From: a virus
IMG/VR virus record: IMGVR_UViG_3300001683_000016
Coordinates: 1 to 64,000 of that record
Length of the DNA: 64,000 bases
Direction: 5' to 3' (one strand)
Under the pieces are notes generated by a model. The model worked only from the letters and a program-made list of their open reading frames with translations, did not search any database and was not told the DNA's origin. Shown here in pieces: positions 30,066-40,593 of the stretch (positions within the stretch are counted from its first letter, which is position 1; each line of letters opens with the position of its first letter). Position numbers and translations under genes: made by a program.

Positions 30066-31259
30066 TTATTTCTCCATGTTTATTTTTCTTTGCCCCGTAA
30101 ATTCTATACCTTGTATTGCACTACGGGATTGTTTATACGCTGGAGATTTCATAGAAACTATTTCATCTCCTATAGTTTTTAGTAAATGAACGGGTATGTA
30201 TCTGTTACCTATCTTTATCGTTTCATAACCATTCTTATCTCTTCTAATGTTCATCTCTCTTCTCATTGCTTCACCTACATAAGATACATTTTCATCATAC
30301 ATTTCTATTTGATGATACATATCATTTGTTACTAAACAGTATTTTGTTTTATTACCATTGAGAAATTCTTGGTCTACTTGTAGAAAACCATTATCACAGT
30401 CACATATACCACACGGTGTAGTAAATGTATGAGCATTTGCTTTACGCCATTGTTGGTGGTAGCAATCACTACACTCTATAATAGTCCAACCTTTTTCTAT
30501 AGGTGTGTTAATCTTGGGTACTTCCTTTCCAAACGGTGTAAAATCATCTAGTGTATGTTTCTTTGGTTTACCGTTCTTTCTATCATTAGCCTTACGCCTA
30601 GACTTGGATTTCTTCTCTTCTTTAATCATCAATATTTCTTCTGCTTTTAGTTCATCATCTGTGAGTAAACTTTCATCATTATAATCAAAGTTAGACCACT
30701 GTGTTTGTGTTACTGCTATAACAGACTCTCCCACAGGTATACCACATATATCAGCAACATATGTTTGCTGTGATTTAGCCTCTACTGCATGGTTACAAAA
30801 ATTATCACGTACCCATGTAATAAGTTCAGCAGCAGTAGTCCATGTGTGTTGTTTTTTAGGTATTAATAAGTGTGCTAATATAGCCAACTGAACGCCAGTA
30901 CGACCATGACCACCCATACATTGTGTTGATATTGTTTTGATATTGTTATCCTTTATGTCTTGTATTAATGCCTTCCACCAAGATGAGCCTAAGTTACTAG
31001 GTATACTATAATCAGGCCAATCTATTTCTATAACAGTAGGTGTGTTGCCACCTATAATAGACGATGATGACTTCCAACCTACGGGTAAAATATCAATCAT
31101 TCTAGCACTTTGTATAACGCCTATTGGACCCATAGCCAAGTCAGGCACAGGCTTCATTTTATGCCACCCACCTTTTCTATTCGTTCCGCCAGCATATACT
31201 TTTATTTTACCAGTGTCAAACACTAGTGGGTTTCCTTCGTGACATCCTTGTTTGTTCAT
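30066..31259 (-). CDS. CX5R (PTP/dual-specificity) phosphatase with Zn-binding C-terminus
   Basis: WPDY acid loop, QCMGGHGRTG P-loop, AVE...Q. Confidence 0.85.
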   Translation of the reverse strand: MNKQGCHEGNPLVFDTGKIKVYAGGTNRKGGWHKMKPVPDLAMGPIGVIQSARMIDILPVGWKSSSSIIGGNTPTVIEIDWPDYSIPSNLGSSWWKALIQDIKDNNIKTISTQCMGGHGRTGVQLAILAHLLIPKKQHTWTTAAELITWVRDNFCNHAVEAKSQQTYVADICGIPVGESVIAVTQTQWSNFDYNDESLLTDDELKAEEILMIKEEKKSKSRRKANDRKNGKPKKHTLDDFTPFGKEVPKINTPIEKGWTIIECSDCYHQQWRKANAHTFTTPCGICDCDNGFLQVDQEFLNGNKTKYCLVTNDMYHQIEMYDENVSYVGEAMRREMNIRRDKNGYETIKIGNRYIPVHLLKTIGDEIVSMKSPAYKQSRSAIQGIEFTGQRKINMEK

Positions 31260-33793
31260 TGTACTTCCTCTTTTAATACTTTTAATACTTCATCTGTCCA
31301 AGTGTTATTATCAGACATTTGATTTCGCAAAAACTTTTGAAGTAATTCAGATAATAACGGGTATGTGACATCTAATTTATTTAATCCATTCCACCCATTT
31401 ATCCACATCTGAGGTGTTACATCTTGATACTTCTTCTCTCTTAATAATGATGCTACTGCATAACTTTCTAATGAAGAGACATCCTTACCGCTTGCCATAA
31501 ACACCTCAGGGTATGAATTAGTTAGTAGTTGAGAACTAACACTACCATACTTTAAGTCCATTACAAGCACATCATTCTCTTTACATAACTTACATGTAGA
31601 CATTCCACAAGGTATGAATCCTTCGGCGGTTGAGTATTTATTATTCCAGTGCATATATTTAGGTCCACACGCAACTGCTGCATCCCTAAGAGCCTCAGGT
31701 ATTTCGAGACTATTTGCTATAAATTGTTGACGAAAATAACTCGCCCCTTTACCTCTCAAGAAGTTGAACAAAGTTATCCAGTCTGCATTGGGTACTGCAT
31801 TTTTCTCATTTACATCTCCATCCATAAACTCAGATGCTAACTCATATGTTCTAAACATATATGCTAATGAATCAGGTGAGTGAGAAAATAGACCTTTCTG
31901 ATTATCTGTACCGCTTGAATGTAGGCTACTATAATCAAACGCTTTTTGTGAAAGGAACTTATCGTATAAGAAGCCCCCGTTATGCTCAAGATTCTTTGCA
32001 AGATTTACTTCCCCTATCAATTCATTTAATGTTTCTTGATTTGGATTTACTAAAAAGGCATTAACTGATTTACATACGTTAGCGCCTCTTGATGCACACT
32101 CAGCCCAATTAGTACCACCAAAACTAGTGCTAGTACCCCAACCAGTAGAGAATTGCTTCTTACACCATGTGAGAGCAAGAGCAATTTCTATTGTATCTAC
32201 ATTCATTTGTTCGACTAAAGCATAGTAATGTTGACGAACAGTACTAGCGTGTTTATTACCACTCACTTCTCTCCACTTAGTTTCACCCATCATTGTTGTT
32301 AATGTAGGCCACAAATCCACCATCATATTCTTTTTATAATCTTTACAATATCTCATCTCACCTAGTGAGACAGCGAGGATTGCTTTAGTCATCCAACCAA
32401 CAAAAGCCCCTGATAAGTAAGCATCGTTTATACCATTGTAATTCATGCCACCTGCCCATTGATGAAAGAAGTGGGCAAACCATCCTTGCTGTCTCTGCCA
32501 GTGTGTTTGTGAACGTAGTAAACCAGCCTTGAACGCCTCTATATATTCAGGGGCACAAGCATTGTATGGTTGTGGTATAATATCCCAATTAGGGTCAAGT
32601 GCAAGCCATGTGGGTGTGCCTTCTGTAAATCTATCCCCAACATTAACTTCACCAACCACGTAGGGTATACCGTGTTGTCTAGCATGAGCGCAAATATGAG
32701 ACATCAGAGAACCTGTTGGATGTGATATAACAAAACCTTTAGGACACTTCTCTCTTGTAATATTCTCTTCTAACCACGCTACTTCTTCTAATCCTGATGC
32801 TACCCATACTGCACCTAGTGATGCTATACCCGACGTGCTTAGGAACTCTGTCATATCTTTTACTTCACATCGACCAGTTGTGCCAGCACTACCAGTAATT
32901 TTTGCTACTTTCAAACAGGTATTATCAGGACAATCAAGTTCTTCGTTTACGTTTTCGACCTTATAGTTAGGACAACTCACATTTGTGTGCCATGTAAAAG
33001 GGGACGCTCTAGGTGGATTAGGTGGTGAAGCACGTATCTGTGTGATATATGGTTCATTACCACCGCCCATTTTCTTCTTGTATTCTTCATCTCTTTTGTA
33101 TACAAACTCTAACTCGTAATTAGTTGTACCAGTTTTAATATCAAATTCATGACTATTATTTATCATGTTAATATCATTACTCATGTAAGTTTGAGTAGGA
33201 TTCAAAGCGAAGTATAGTGTTCTTTCATTACCTGCTGTGATACCATCGTGTCCTTTACCGATAGTAGCAAACTGCTGGGGTGCTAGTACAGCACTAGATG
33301 TCGCATGAACAAAGGGTTGTAATATCATACAACCTCTTGGGTCTTCTTTCTTCATAGTCTCAGTCAATGAAATCCAATTTTCTTGTAGGTTTTCTTTAGT
33401 AACTTTGATTGATTCAAGCACACCATGCCTAGCAAACTCAGGGCAAGCACGAAGGAAGGCAGTTTCTCCATCTTCACATTCAGGTAGTATTCTACCGAAC
33501 GCTGCATTCACTACATCAATTGTATCATCTAATAGAATTAGTTCTAAGGGTAAAGGTTTCCATCGTATTGAACCTCCCTTATACGCCATATCAACTTTTA
33601 TTAAATCATCTGCTTTCTGTGCACTTACAAACGACAAGCGTTCTTTTTGTGTCGTTGATTGTTTGTATGCACCATCTTTTATTATTGCGTCCTTCTCGTC
33701 TGTTAATTCATTATATATGTTTGCAAATAAATCTTCGGCGGTTAACTCACCTATGTCATCGTAAGATTTACTGTCGTCTTTAGTTATAGTCAT
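31256..33793 (-). CDS. PEP-synthase/PPDK-like dikinase (ATP-grasp, His swivel domain, unknown C-terminal domain)
   Basis: FLRA, LQPFV...SAV, GHDGITAG, ELEF, ITQIRA (ATP-grasp); TGSLMSHICAHARQHGIPYVVG (phospho-His domain). Confidence 0.75.
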   Translation of the reverse strand: MTITKDDSKSYDDIGELTAEDLFANIYNELTDEKDAIIKDGAYKQSTTQKERLSFVSAQKADDLIKVDMAYKGGSIRWKPLPLELILLDDTIDVVNAAFGRILPECEDGETAFLRACPEFARHGVLESIKVTKENLQENWISLTETMKKEDPRGCMILQPFVHATSSAVLAPQQFATIGKGHDGITAGNERTLYFALNPTQTYMSNDINMINNSHEFDIKTGTTNYELEFVYKRDEEYKKKMGGGNEPYITQIRASPPNPPRASPFTWHTNVSCPNYKVENVNEELDCPDNTCLKVAKITGSAGTTGRCEVKDMTEFLSTSGIASLGAVWVASGLEEVAWLEENITREKCPKGFVISHPTGSLMSHICAHARQHGIPYVVGEVNVGDRFTEGTPTWLALDPNWDIIPQPYNACAPEYIEAFKAGLLRSQTHWQRQQGWFAHFFHQWAGGMNYNGINDAYLSGAFVGWMTKAILAVSLGEMRYCKDYKKNMMVDLWPTLTTMMGETKWREVSGNKHASTVRQHYYALVEQMNVDTIEIALALTWCKKQFSTGWGTSTSFGGTNWAECASRGANVCKSVNAFLVNPNQETLNELIGEVNLAKNLEHNGGFLYDKFLSQKAFDYSSLHSSGTDNQKGLFSHSPDSLAYMFRTYELASEFMDGDVNEKNAVPNADWITLFNFLRGKGASYFRQQFIANSLEIPEALRDAAVACGPKYMHWNNKYSTAEGFIPCGMSTCKLCKENDVLVMDLKYGSVSSQLLTNSYPEVFMASGKDVSSLESYAVASLLREKKYQDVTPQMWINGWNGLNKLDVTYPLLSELLQKFLRNQMSDNNTWTDEVLKVLKEEVQ

Positions 33794-33810
33794 TTTAATT
33801 CCTTCCTTCT

Positions 33811-33835
33811 TTCATTCTTTGTTTAAGTAGTCAAT
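33811..33835 (-). promoter_or_regulatory. conserved promoter motif
   Basis: Exact copy upstream of the dikinase. Confidence 0.8.
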
Positions 33836-33859
33836 AGGTTTCATCTCGTCTGTATACAT

Positions 33860-35519
33860 TCAGTCCTCTTGGACTTGACCGCTAAAAGTAGTTCCGCACT
33901 TCTTACATTCAATTACTATATCAAATTGACATTGATAAGTATTGTAATGATACTCATTAATACAAACATCTTCGTGTTCACAATCCGGCGCACCATCAAG
34001 GTATGCGTGGTCTGCCGCCGTCATACTGTCAGGGTAGTTGTTCATTCAACCAACTCCTTTTCCTTCCTCAACCTGACTGTTTCATAGATAGCAACTTCTG
34101 CCTTTATTGCATCGAAGGCCGCTACTAAATCACCGATATTTGCGGCTTCCTTTTTGTCAAATCTCTTGATGATATTTCTAATTCTTCGCATTCTATAATC
34201 CACGCTCATGCTCTCACCTTCTCCAATTCAGTATCGGAAAAATCACTACTTCTTTTTAGACTACATTTCTCACAAGTTATTTCAACGCAGATAGTATCTC
34301 CATGTGGGTTTTCATATCCCGCATAGAGATATGCTTCAGTTATTTTCCAAATGTGGTAAGCCTCACCTATCGCTGGCACTCTTGCTGGACATTCCTCGGT
34401 CACTTGCTCACCTCTAAGTGGTCGGTGTATTGTTGATATGCTTCAGTAAAGGATTCACCACACAGATTACATCTCCATTTCACAGATGCTATATTTTCTT
34501 CAAAGTTCACCCTTCCGGCAATTGGTTGAAAATTGTGCTCGTATATTGAACTACAACTCATTCAATCGCCTCATCTGTTTTTACTAAGCCTATATGCTGA
34601 CGAATTGATATTGGTTTATCTTTGGCATGAAATTCAACCACTCCTAACCAACCACAATCGTAGCATTCTCCTTGTAAATATACTTCTAATTTGGATAAAT
34701 AAAACTCAAAATCAACACCACTTGCGCTAAAGTGTATAGTGTTTTTACAGTTAGGACAATCGTGGTTTAATGTAGTATCTATAATCTCGTAGTTTTCATG
34801 TTCTTTGTTCACATAATCCCAAGCCATTTCAAGTCTTTCATAGTCTTGACTTCTGAGTTTTTGTCCTTCAAACATATACTCAAATGTTCCACCTACATTA
34901 TCATCCCATACATCTTCAAACTGCTGTGTATCTATCAAGGGGTCGTTTTTAGCGCACTCAATGAGCGCATCTGCTACTCTCCCCATCGCGTCATAGAAAG
35001 CCTTCAAGTCTCTCTCTGTTACAACATATAATTTCTCTTCACTCATTCCTCTTCCTCCGTTACTATCCATTCACCTAAGATACCCATACATTGGAAACAA
35101 TGAACAGTCTTTGTCAACTGATTGTGGGTGATGTGATTGTATATGTGCCAGCCCAAACTGAGTGATGTTTCAGGACAATGCCATGTCCTCATGCCCTTTG
35201 AATTAGGACAGGCTATTCCCCTACCATTCTCATGTTTCTCACCATTGGGTAATAACAAGTAACCTGTTTTATCAGGGTACTTTGCATAATACTCACTACC
35301 GCTTACGCCGGGTGTTATGCTCTCGCTCATTCACTCTTCCTCCTGTTTTGCTAGTATCATATCAATATCATATAATTTACCTACAAATTGCACACCATCT
35401 AGTGTCATATCTATTAGTAATTCACCTGCTTCTTCATCTAACTTACATTTAATAATTCTACCCTTACCTATTGGTGGGCTACTATACCTTGCAAAATTAA
35501 TCCAACTCTTTTGTTTCAT
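33860..35519 (-). CDS. cluster of small early hypothetical ORFs (33860-34045, 34206-34403, 34558-35046, 35043-35330, 35331-35519)
   Basis: Short ORFs with frequent CxxC motifs and archaeal RBSs. Confidence 0.5.
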
Positions 35520-35535
35520 ATTTCTCTCTCCTTCT

Positions 35536-35560
35536 TTCATTCTTTGTTTAAGTAGTCAAT
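35536..35560 (-). promoter_or_regulatory. conserved promoter motif
   Basis: Exact copy. Confidence 0.85.
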
Positions 35561-35773
35561 CATTCTTTATTGTACACTCTCATATATTCAACGACTATCA
35601 TCATTACGCATGAGAACATATAAACTAATCATGGTATACACCTAACCTCGCAGGTATTACCTTCGTAAAATTGCATTTATCACAACATTTATCAGGCAAA
35701 TTCCCCAAAGGCGCAGGGTTATTTCCCCATTCTTTTATGTCTTTTTTACCACATAATATGCAATCAAACGGAC

Positions 35774-36439
35774 TCATAACATCACCATTCTATTTCGATG
35801 ATGTATTAAATCATGACCCACATAGTATGCTGACACGAAGAATACCAATGAATGTAGTGAGACTAAAACCATTGTACTGAAAGCCTCTTCAGTATATGCT
35901 ACACCTATTTCTGTTAAATGTAGTAAGCCCTCACCTAGTAAGAATAACTGTGTTAATCTGCCTGTATTATTTCTAATCTTCATTCAATCACACCCTCAAC
36001 GCAAGTTCTGATACATTCCCATTGACTTTGACATCCTTCATCACATACACAAGCACAAGGGATTCCACAGGTATTCATGTGTCCTAAGAATGGGTCAATA
36101 TCAGGCTCACACACTAAACATCTATCGCATTTTTCACAGTAGCGACAACGCTCTGCTACGGGAACATACTGACTCATTCATCATCGCCCCTTTCATATTC
36201 TAACAGAACATCGCCATCATTTCTTTTTTCATTCTTCTTCACTTCCTTTAGCCGAAGTAAATACTTCGGGTGGGATTTCTCCAATTTACCGTATAAGATT
36301 TGGCTTTTACCTTTCTTTGTTCGGAAGGCTTCTTGATACTATCAATCTGCGCTTCGCACTTCTTACAAGTCCAAATAGAACTAAACTTGGTGGGGTGGTT
36401 TCCCCACCATGTTTTCTCCCAATTGTGTTCGCAATTCAT
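35774..36439 (-). CDS. small early ORFs (35774-35983 membrane-like, 35980-36177 Cys-rich, 36248-36439)
   Basis: Coupled short ORFs. Confidence 0.5.
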
Positions 36440-36796
36440 TCAATCATCTCCAAATGGGCAACCGCCCGTAACATCATTTTCTGTATGGTATCGAATATGT
36501 TCTTCAATACTCAATCCGCATTCATAACAAATTAGGAAATCAATCTTCTTCTGCACTTCACGCAACCGCTTGACTTCTGCTAAGAGAAGTGGTGAGTCTG
36601 CTATGAGTTTAGTATCAGGCATATCATCAGTCAATTCACCAACCCACAATGGCCCAAGTATTCGCTCACCATCTGTATATCCAAAATTACTTTCATCTTC
36701 ATCATTCACTACACATGACCCTTCCACTTGAGGGTGGTTGAACAATGCCTTCCACGGTGCAGGTGTGTGTCCTTCATAGTCGTCTGTGTCAATCAT
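36440..36796 (-). CDS. phage HTPGPW...LIAAAP-type protein, paralog A
   Basis: MIDTDDYEGHTPAPW...LIADSPLLLAEVKRL. Confidence 0.7.
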   Translation of the reverse strand: MIDTDDYEGHTPAPWKALFNHPQVEGSCVVNDEDESNFGYTDGERILGPLWVGELTDDMPDTKLIADSPLLLAEVKRLREVQKKIDFLICYECGLSIEEHIRYHTENDVTGGCPFGDD

Positions 36797-37125
36797 TCAC
36801 CCACCACCTCATGTATGTTAAGGAGAGCCTCATTACCCCGTTCCTCGCTCTCAACCACTTCATAGGCAAGGTCGGAAATACGGGTGAGTTTGTCTTGCAA
36901 TCGTTTGACTTCTGCTAAGAGAAGTGGTGAGTCTGCTATGAGTTGTGCGTCTGCTTCATTCTTGAAGTAGCAACTACCTTCCAATTGCCTCATAGGTAGG
37001 GGTCTTACTTGCCATAGATGAAGTCGTTTGCCTCTGCGGATTCCCCAATATGCACCATTATTAAACAAATCTTCTGCCTTCCACGGCCCTTCTGTGTGTC
37101 CTTCATAGTCGTCTGTATCAATCAT
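36793..37125 (-). CDS. phage HTPGPW...LIAAAP-type protein, paralog B
   Basis: MIDTDDYEGHTEGPW...LIADSPLLLAEVKRL. Confidence 0.7.
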   Translation of the reverse strand: MIDTDDYEGHTEGPWKAEDLFNNGAYWGIRRGKRLHLWQVRPLPMRQLEGSCYFKNEADAQLIADSPLLLAEVKRLQDKLTRISDLAYEVVESEERGNEALLNIHEVVGE

Positions 37126-37346
37126 TCAATCACCAAATCATCACCATACACATTACATTCGTATCGCTCTCTACAAAACCCGTCGTGGTCTGCACCTTGA
37201 TAGCCTAAGTGTTCAAGTGCTATGTTCAAAGCACCGTCATATTTATCTCTCTCTTGACGTAGGTTGTCTAATTTCTTCTGTAAGTCCTTGATTTCGTCTT
37301 CCAATTCTTCTAATCTTTCTAATTTATTTTTTATTTCTTCAATCAT
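37122..37346 (-). CDS. coiled-coil hypothetical protein
   Basis: Heptad pattern. Confidence 0.6.
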   Translation of the reverse strand: MIEEIKNKLERLEELEDEIKDLQKKLDNLRQERDKYDGALNIALEHLGYQGADHDGFCRERYECNVYGDDLVIE

Positions 37347-40054
37347 TCTTCATCTTCTCCTGTGTGTGTCTTAGGTTTGGCTACACCTATATCATTCATC
37401 ATACCTGCTGGTATATCTCCGGCATCCACCATCGCTTGTAGTAGTGCCTTTGCTACACCTGATTTCGTTCCCTCTTCATGTGTAGTACCATCTAAGATAG
37501 CACTCACTACCTCTCTCTTTTCTTCCACTATTCTATCGAACTTCTCATCAATAGTACCAACAACTGATAGATATACTGCGTGAACTAAATCTGCATCCTG
37601 TCCTATACGATTGACTCTATCTTCTGCTTGTTCTTCCCAACCTGATACCCACTCTCTTTCTATGAACACTACTGTGTCCGCTTCTGTAAGAGTCAAGCCT
37701 TCTTTCGCTGCTATTGTTGAGCAGATTAAACCATCTAACTCACCTGCTTGGAATGCCTCAACCCTTGCAAACCTCTTCTCTGCTGATACAGAACCGTTGA
37801 TTGTACCCCATTTCTTACCTTGAAACCTCTTGTCGGTGCGTAATAGTTTAACTAATTCTTCTCCTACATCTCGGTGATGGTGGAATACTATGATAGGTTT
37901 GTCTGTGTTTTGGTCTTGATATTCTGCTATCCAATTAGCAGCAGCAGGTACTTTCATTTGTCCGGCAGCGTGTCTTAATGCTGTTAGCATATTCAATACA
38001 AATCCAGCGGGCATCCCGCCTGTGGTCTTGTAGTAATCATACTCACTGAGCCATTGTCTCGCCATTCTTCTATAATCTGCTAAGTATTTTGTGCTAGGTA
38101 CTATCGGTATGAATTGCCTAATCTTATCAGGCAACTCGTCTAACACATCTTTCTTCATTCTGCGTATCATGGTATCCCTTAATTTCTCATGTAGTTCTTC
38201 CACATTAGAAGAGCCGGTAAAATCCCAACCCCAACCATTGTTATGTGCGTCACAATATCTCTTAGCATAAGGAAAGAAGTTACCCTTGTATTCAGCAGGT
38301 TTTATCATTTCTAATGTAGTAAATAATTCGATAGGTCTGTTAGTAATAGGTGTACCACTAAGACACAAGACTGACTCTACATGCTCTGCTAACTCTACAC
38401 AGGCTACTGTTCTCTTGATTGGTTTGCTTGTTGTACCCTTATTCTTTAGGTAATGTGATTCATCAAAGATGATTAGGTTAGCATCAAGAGCATGAAGATT
38501 ATCTTGCTGTTTTGCTACTAAATCATAGTTAATCACAGTAAAATCACAGCCTTCTAAGTCAACTTTACCATTCTTTACTACTTGAAGTGTTGATTTAGGT
38601 AGCCAAGTGCTTATCTCTCTGCCCCAATTGTATTTTACATTTGCAGGTGTTACTACTAACACAGGCCAATACTCTTGATGAAGTGCGGCGTATGCGATGG
38701 CTTGGATAGTCTTGCCCACACCCATGTCATCACCTATGAGGGCACGACCTTCTGCTAACTCAGCAAACCTTACACCAGCATACTGAAAGGGATACAACTC
38801 ATGACCTGCTGGGAACATTACTGCTAATCTCTCCTTCATATCATCCACTAATTCATCATCATGTAGTGCAGTAGCATCGCTGATTGCTATTCTCTCAGCC
38901 TTACCAAGTAAGTATGTCTTAACCTTCTCAATCTTGTTTATTTCTGTGAGTAGTGATGCACATTTCTCATCTCCTTGTTCAGTATTTGCAACAAAGTTTG
39001 TTAATTTCTTAATCAATGAACTTGCTTCTGATATGGGTACAGACCATGCCTTATCATCAGGTTGCCACTTTCTTCCATTGACTTGCTTAATTACATACCT
39101 TGAATCAGTATCATCATATGGAACTTTGAGCATTATAGCATCTGCTTTTAATGTGGCACTATAACCACTACTGTTAGTTGTTACAGGTGCGCTCTTCTTG
39201 AGTGTCTCTAGGTATGCGTCTATGTTTTGTGTGTAGTAACCCTCGTCCTGTAAGATAACTATTGCATCTTGAATAACCCTTTCATCAATAGATATAGACA
39301 TACGAGTACCATCCCATTTGAATGAAGGGAATGATATACTATTTTTGAGTCTATTATACAATCCTCTATTCCTTGAACCCCAATCTAATGCTAATCTCTT
39401 ACTTTTTCGCGGGTATCTTTGTGAAGGGTCATTCCTGCTGAACCACACCTCTTCATACTCTTCTATTTTGACTACCTTACTGTTATTATCAGAGACTATC
39501 ATCCGTGTGTACTTGTTTAGCCATTCAATAACTAGAGCCATGGCTTCCGCCTTATCCATTCCGAGTTCTTCTAGGCTATTCCATATCAAAGACGCATCCC
39601 CGTCAGGTAATGTTTTTCCATACTTTTCATCAAAGATGGGGTTTGCATTTATGTATAATTTCTTAAACATAGCACGAAACTTGGCCTCTATTACATTTCT
39701 TTGCCGCCTAAACTCTGCTAGTATAACTGCGGCTTTATCCTTCTCTTCTCTTGCTTTCATACCTACTTCTTTCAATAGTATTAGAGCCTGTGACCAGTCA
39801 GTTTCAGGTGGATAACCTGCTATGTGTTGAATAAGAGGTAACTGTGTTCTTGTGTATTTGTGAAATCTATCAGTCATCTCTATGTAATCTTCTTCATCAA
39901 CTTCATCTGCTTCAGCCATCTTTACAAAGAATGGTGCGTCGGGCTTATTTGGGCCGATGTCATCTAATGCACCATCAACATGCACAGAGGCAAAGGCTTT
40001 GATGAGTTTGTGCATATCTTCTTTGGTTGGTATAAACTTACTACTACCTATCAT
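37343..40054 (-). CDS. SNF2-family helicase (SMARCAL1/HARP-like)
   Basis: LYPFQ, DDMGVGKT, DESH, SGTP, EGLTL, QAEDRVNRIGQ; upstream RKW.PDDKAWSVP HARP-like motif. Confidence 0.9.
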   Translation of the reverse strand: MIGSSKFIPTKEDMHKLIKAFASVHVDGALDDIGPNKPDAPFFVKMAEADEVDEEDYIEMTDRFHKYTRTQLPLIQHIAGYPPETDWSQALILLKEVGMKAREEKDKAAVILAEFRRQRNVIEAKFRAMFKKLYINANPIFDEKYGKTLPDGDASLIWNSLEELGMDKAEAMALVIEWLNKYTRMIVSDNNSKVVKIEEYEEVWFSRNDPSQRYPRKSKRLALDWGSRNRGLYNRLKNSISFPSFKWDGTRMSISIDERVIQDAIVILQDEGYYTQNIDAYLETLKKSAPVTTNSSGYSATLKADAIMLKVPYDDTDSRYVIKQVNGRKWQPDDKAWSVPISEASSLIKKLTNFVANTEQGDEKCASLLTEINKIEKVKTYLLGKAERIAISDATALHDDELVDDMKERLAVMFPAGHELYPFQYAGVRFAELAEGRALIGDDMGVGKTIQAIAYAALHQEYWPVLVVTPANVKYNWGREISTWLPKSTLQVVKNGKVDLEGCDFTVINYDLVAKQQDNLHALDANLIIFDESHYLKNKGTTSKPIKRTVACVELAEHVESVLCLSGTPITNRPIELFTTLEMIKPAEYKGNFFPYAKRYCDAHNNGWGWDFTGSSNVEELHEKLRDTMIRRMKKDVLDELPDKIRQFIPIVPSTKYLADYRRMARQWLSEYDYYKTTGGMPAGFVLNMLTALRHAAGQMKVPAAANWIAEYQDQNTDKPIIVFHHHRDVGEELVKLLRTDKRFQGKKWGTINGSVSAEKRFARVEAFQAGELDGLICSTIAAKEGLTLTEADTVVFIEREWVSGWEEQAEDRVNRIGQDADLVHAVYLSVVGTIDEKFDRIVEEKREVVSAILDGTTHEEGTKSGVAKALLQAMVDAGDIPAGMMNDIGVAKPKTHTGEDEE

Positions 40055-40365
40055 TCAACCATCTCCTTTAGGTGAGTTTCTTTCCACACTATCCTTAAAG
40101 CAGTAACAATAGCATCGTGGTATGATTTCTTACCCGTCAATTCCATTAAGAAACTGATGAGGTCATCCCCTTCACAGGGTTCACACACACCACATTCAAC
40201 ACATTTCATTACTACACAATCAATCGTGTGATGCTCAGGTTCAGCCCAAGGCTGGTGCATTCTTCCCATCTCTAAAGCCATACCTTTCTCACCACAAAAC
40301 TCACAAGTAAATAGCATACCACTCACTGTCTCGTCATCATTGTTTTCATTATCAATACTATTCAT
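40051..40365 (-). CDS. Zn-finger hypothetical protein
   Basis: CEFCG, CVECG. Confidence 0.6.
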   Translation of the reverse strand: MNSIDNENNDDETVSGMLFTCEFCGEKGMALEMGRMHQPWAEPEHHTIDCVVMKCVECGVCEPCEGDDLISFLMELTGKKSYHDAIVTALRIVWKETHLKEMVE

Positions 40366-40387
40366 TTCATTTCATCTCCCTTACTAC

Positions 40388-40410
40388 TTCGTTCATTGTT
40401 TAAGTAGTCA
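40388..40410 (-). promoter_or_regulatory. promoter motif variant
   Basis: TGACTACTTAAACAATGAACGAA. Confidence 0.75.
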
Positions 40411-40593
40411 TGCGCTCACTTCCTCGTAGTGTGATTCAGAATAGAGTCCGAGCATGATTTGGTCGCCGTTATCCACGGTGATACCACCATCGGGTTCAAG
40501 GATGGGGCGCGAAAGTTCGTGCTTGTTCCAATCAGGGAAGAGCGCATCGCGTATCATCTCAAACAATTCATCAGGGATGACAATGTCAGTCAT
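40408..40593 (-). CDS. hypothetical protein
   Basis: Coupled to ardC. Confidence 0.55.
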   Translation of the reverse strand: MTDIVIPDELFEMIRDALFPDWNKHELSRPILEPDGGITVDNGDQIMLGLYSESHYEEVSA

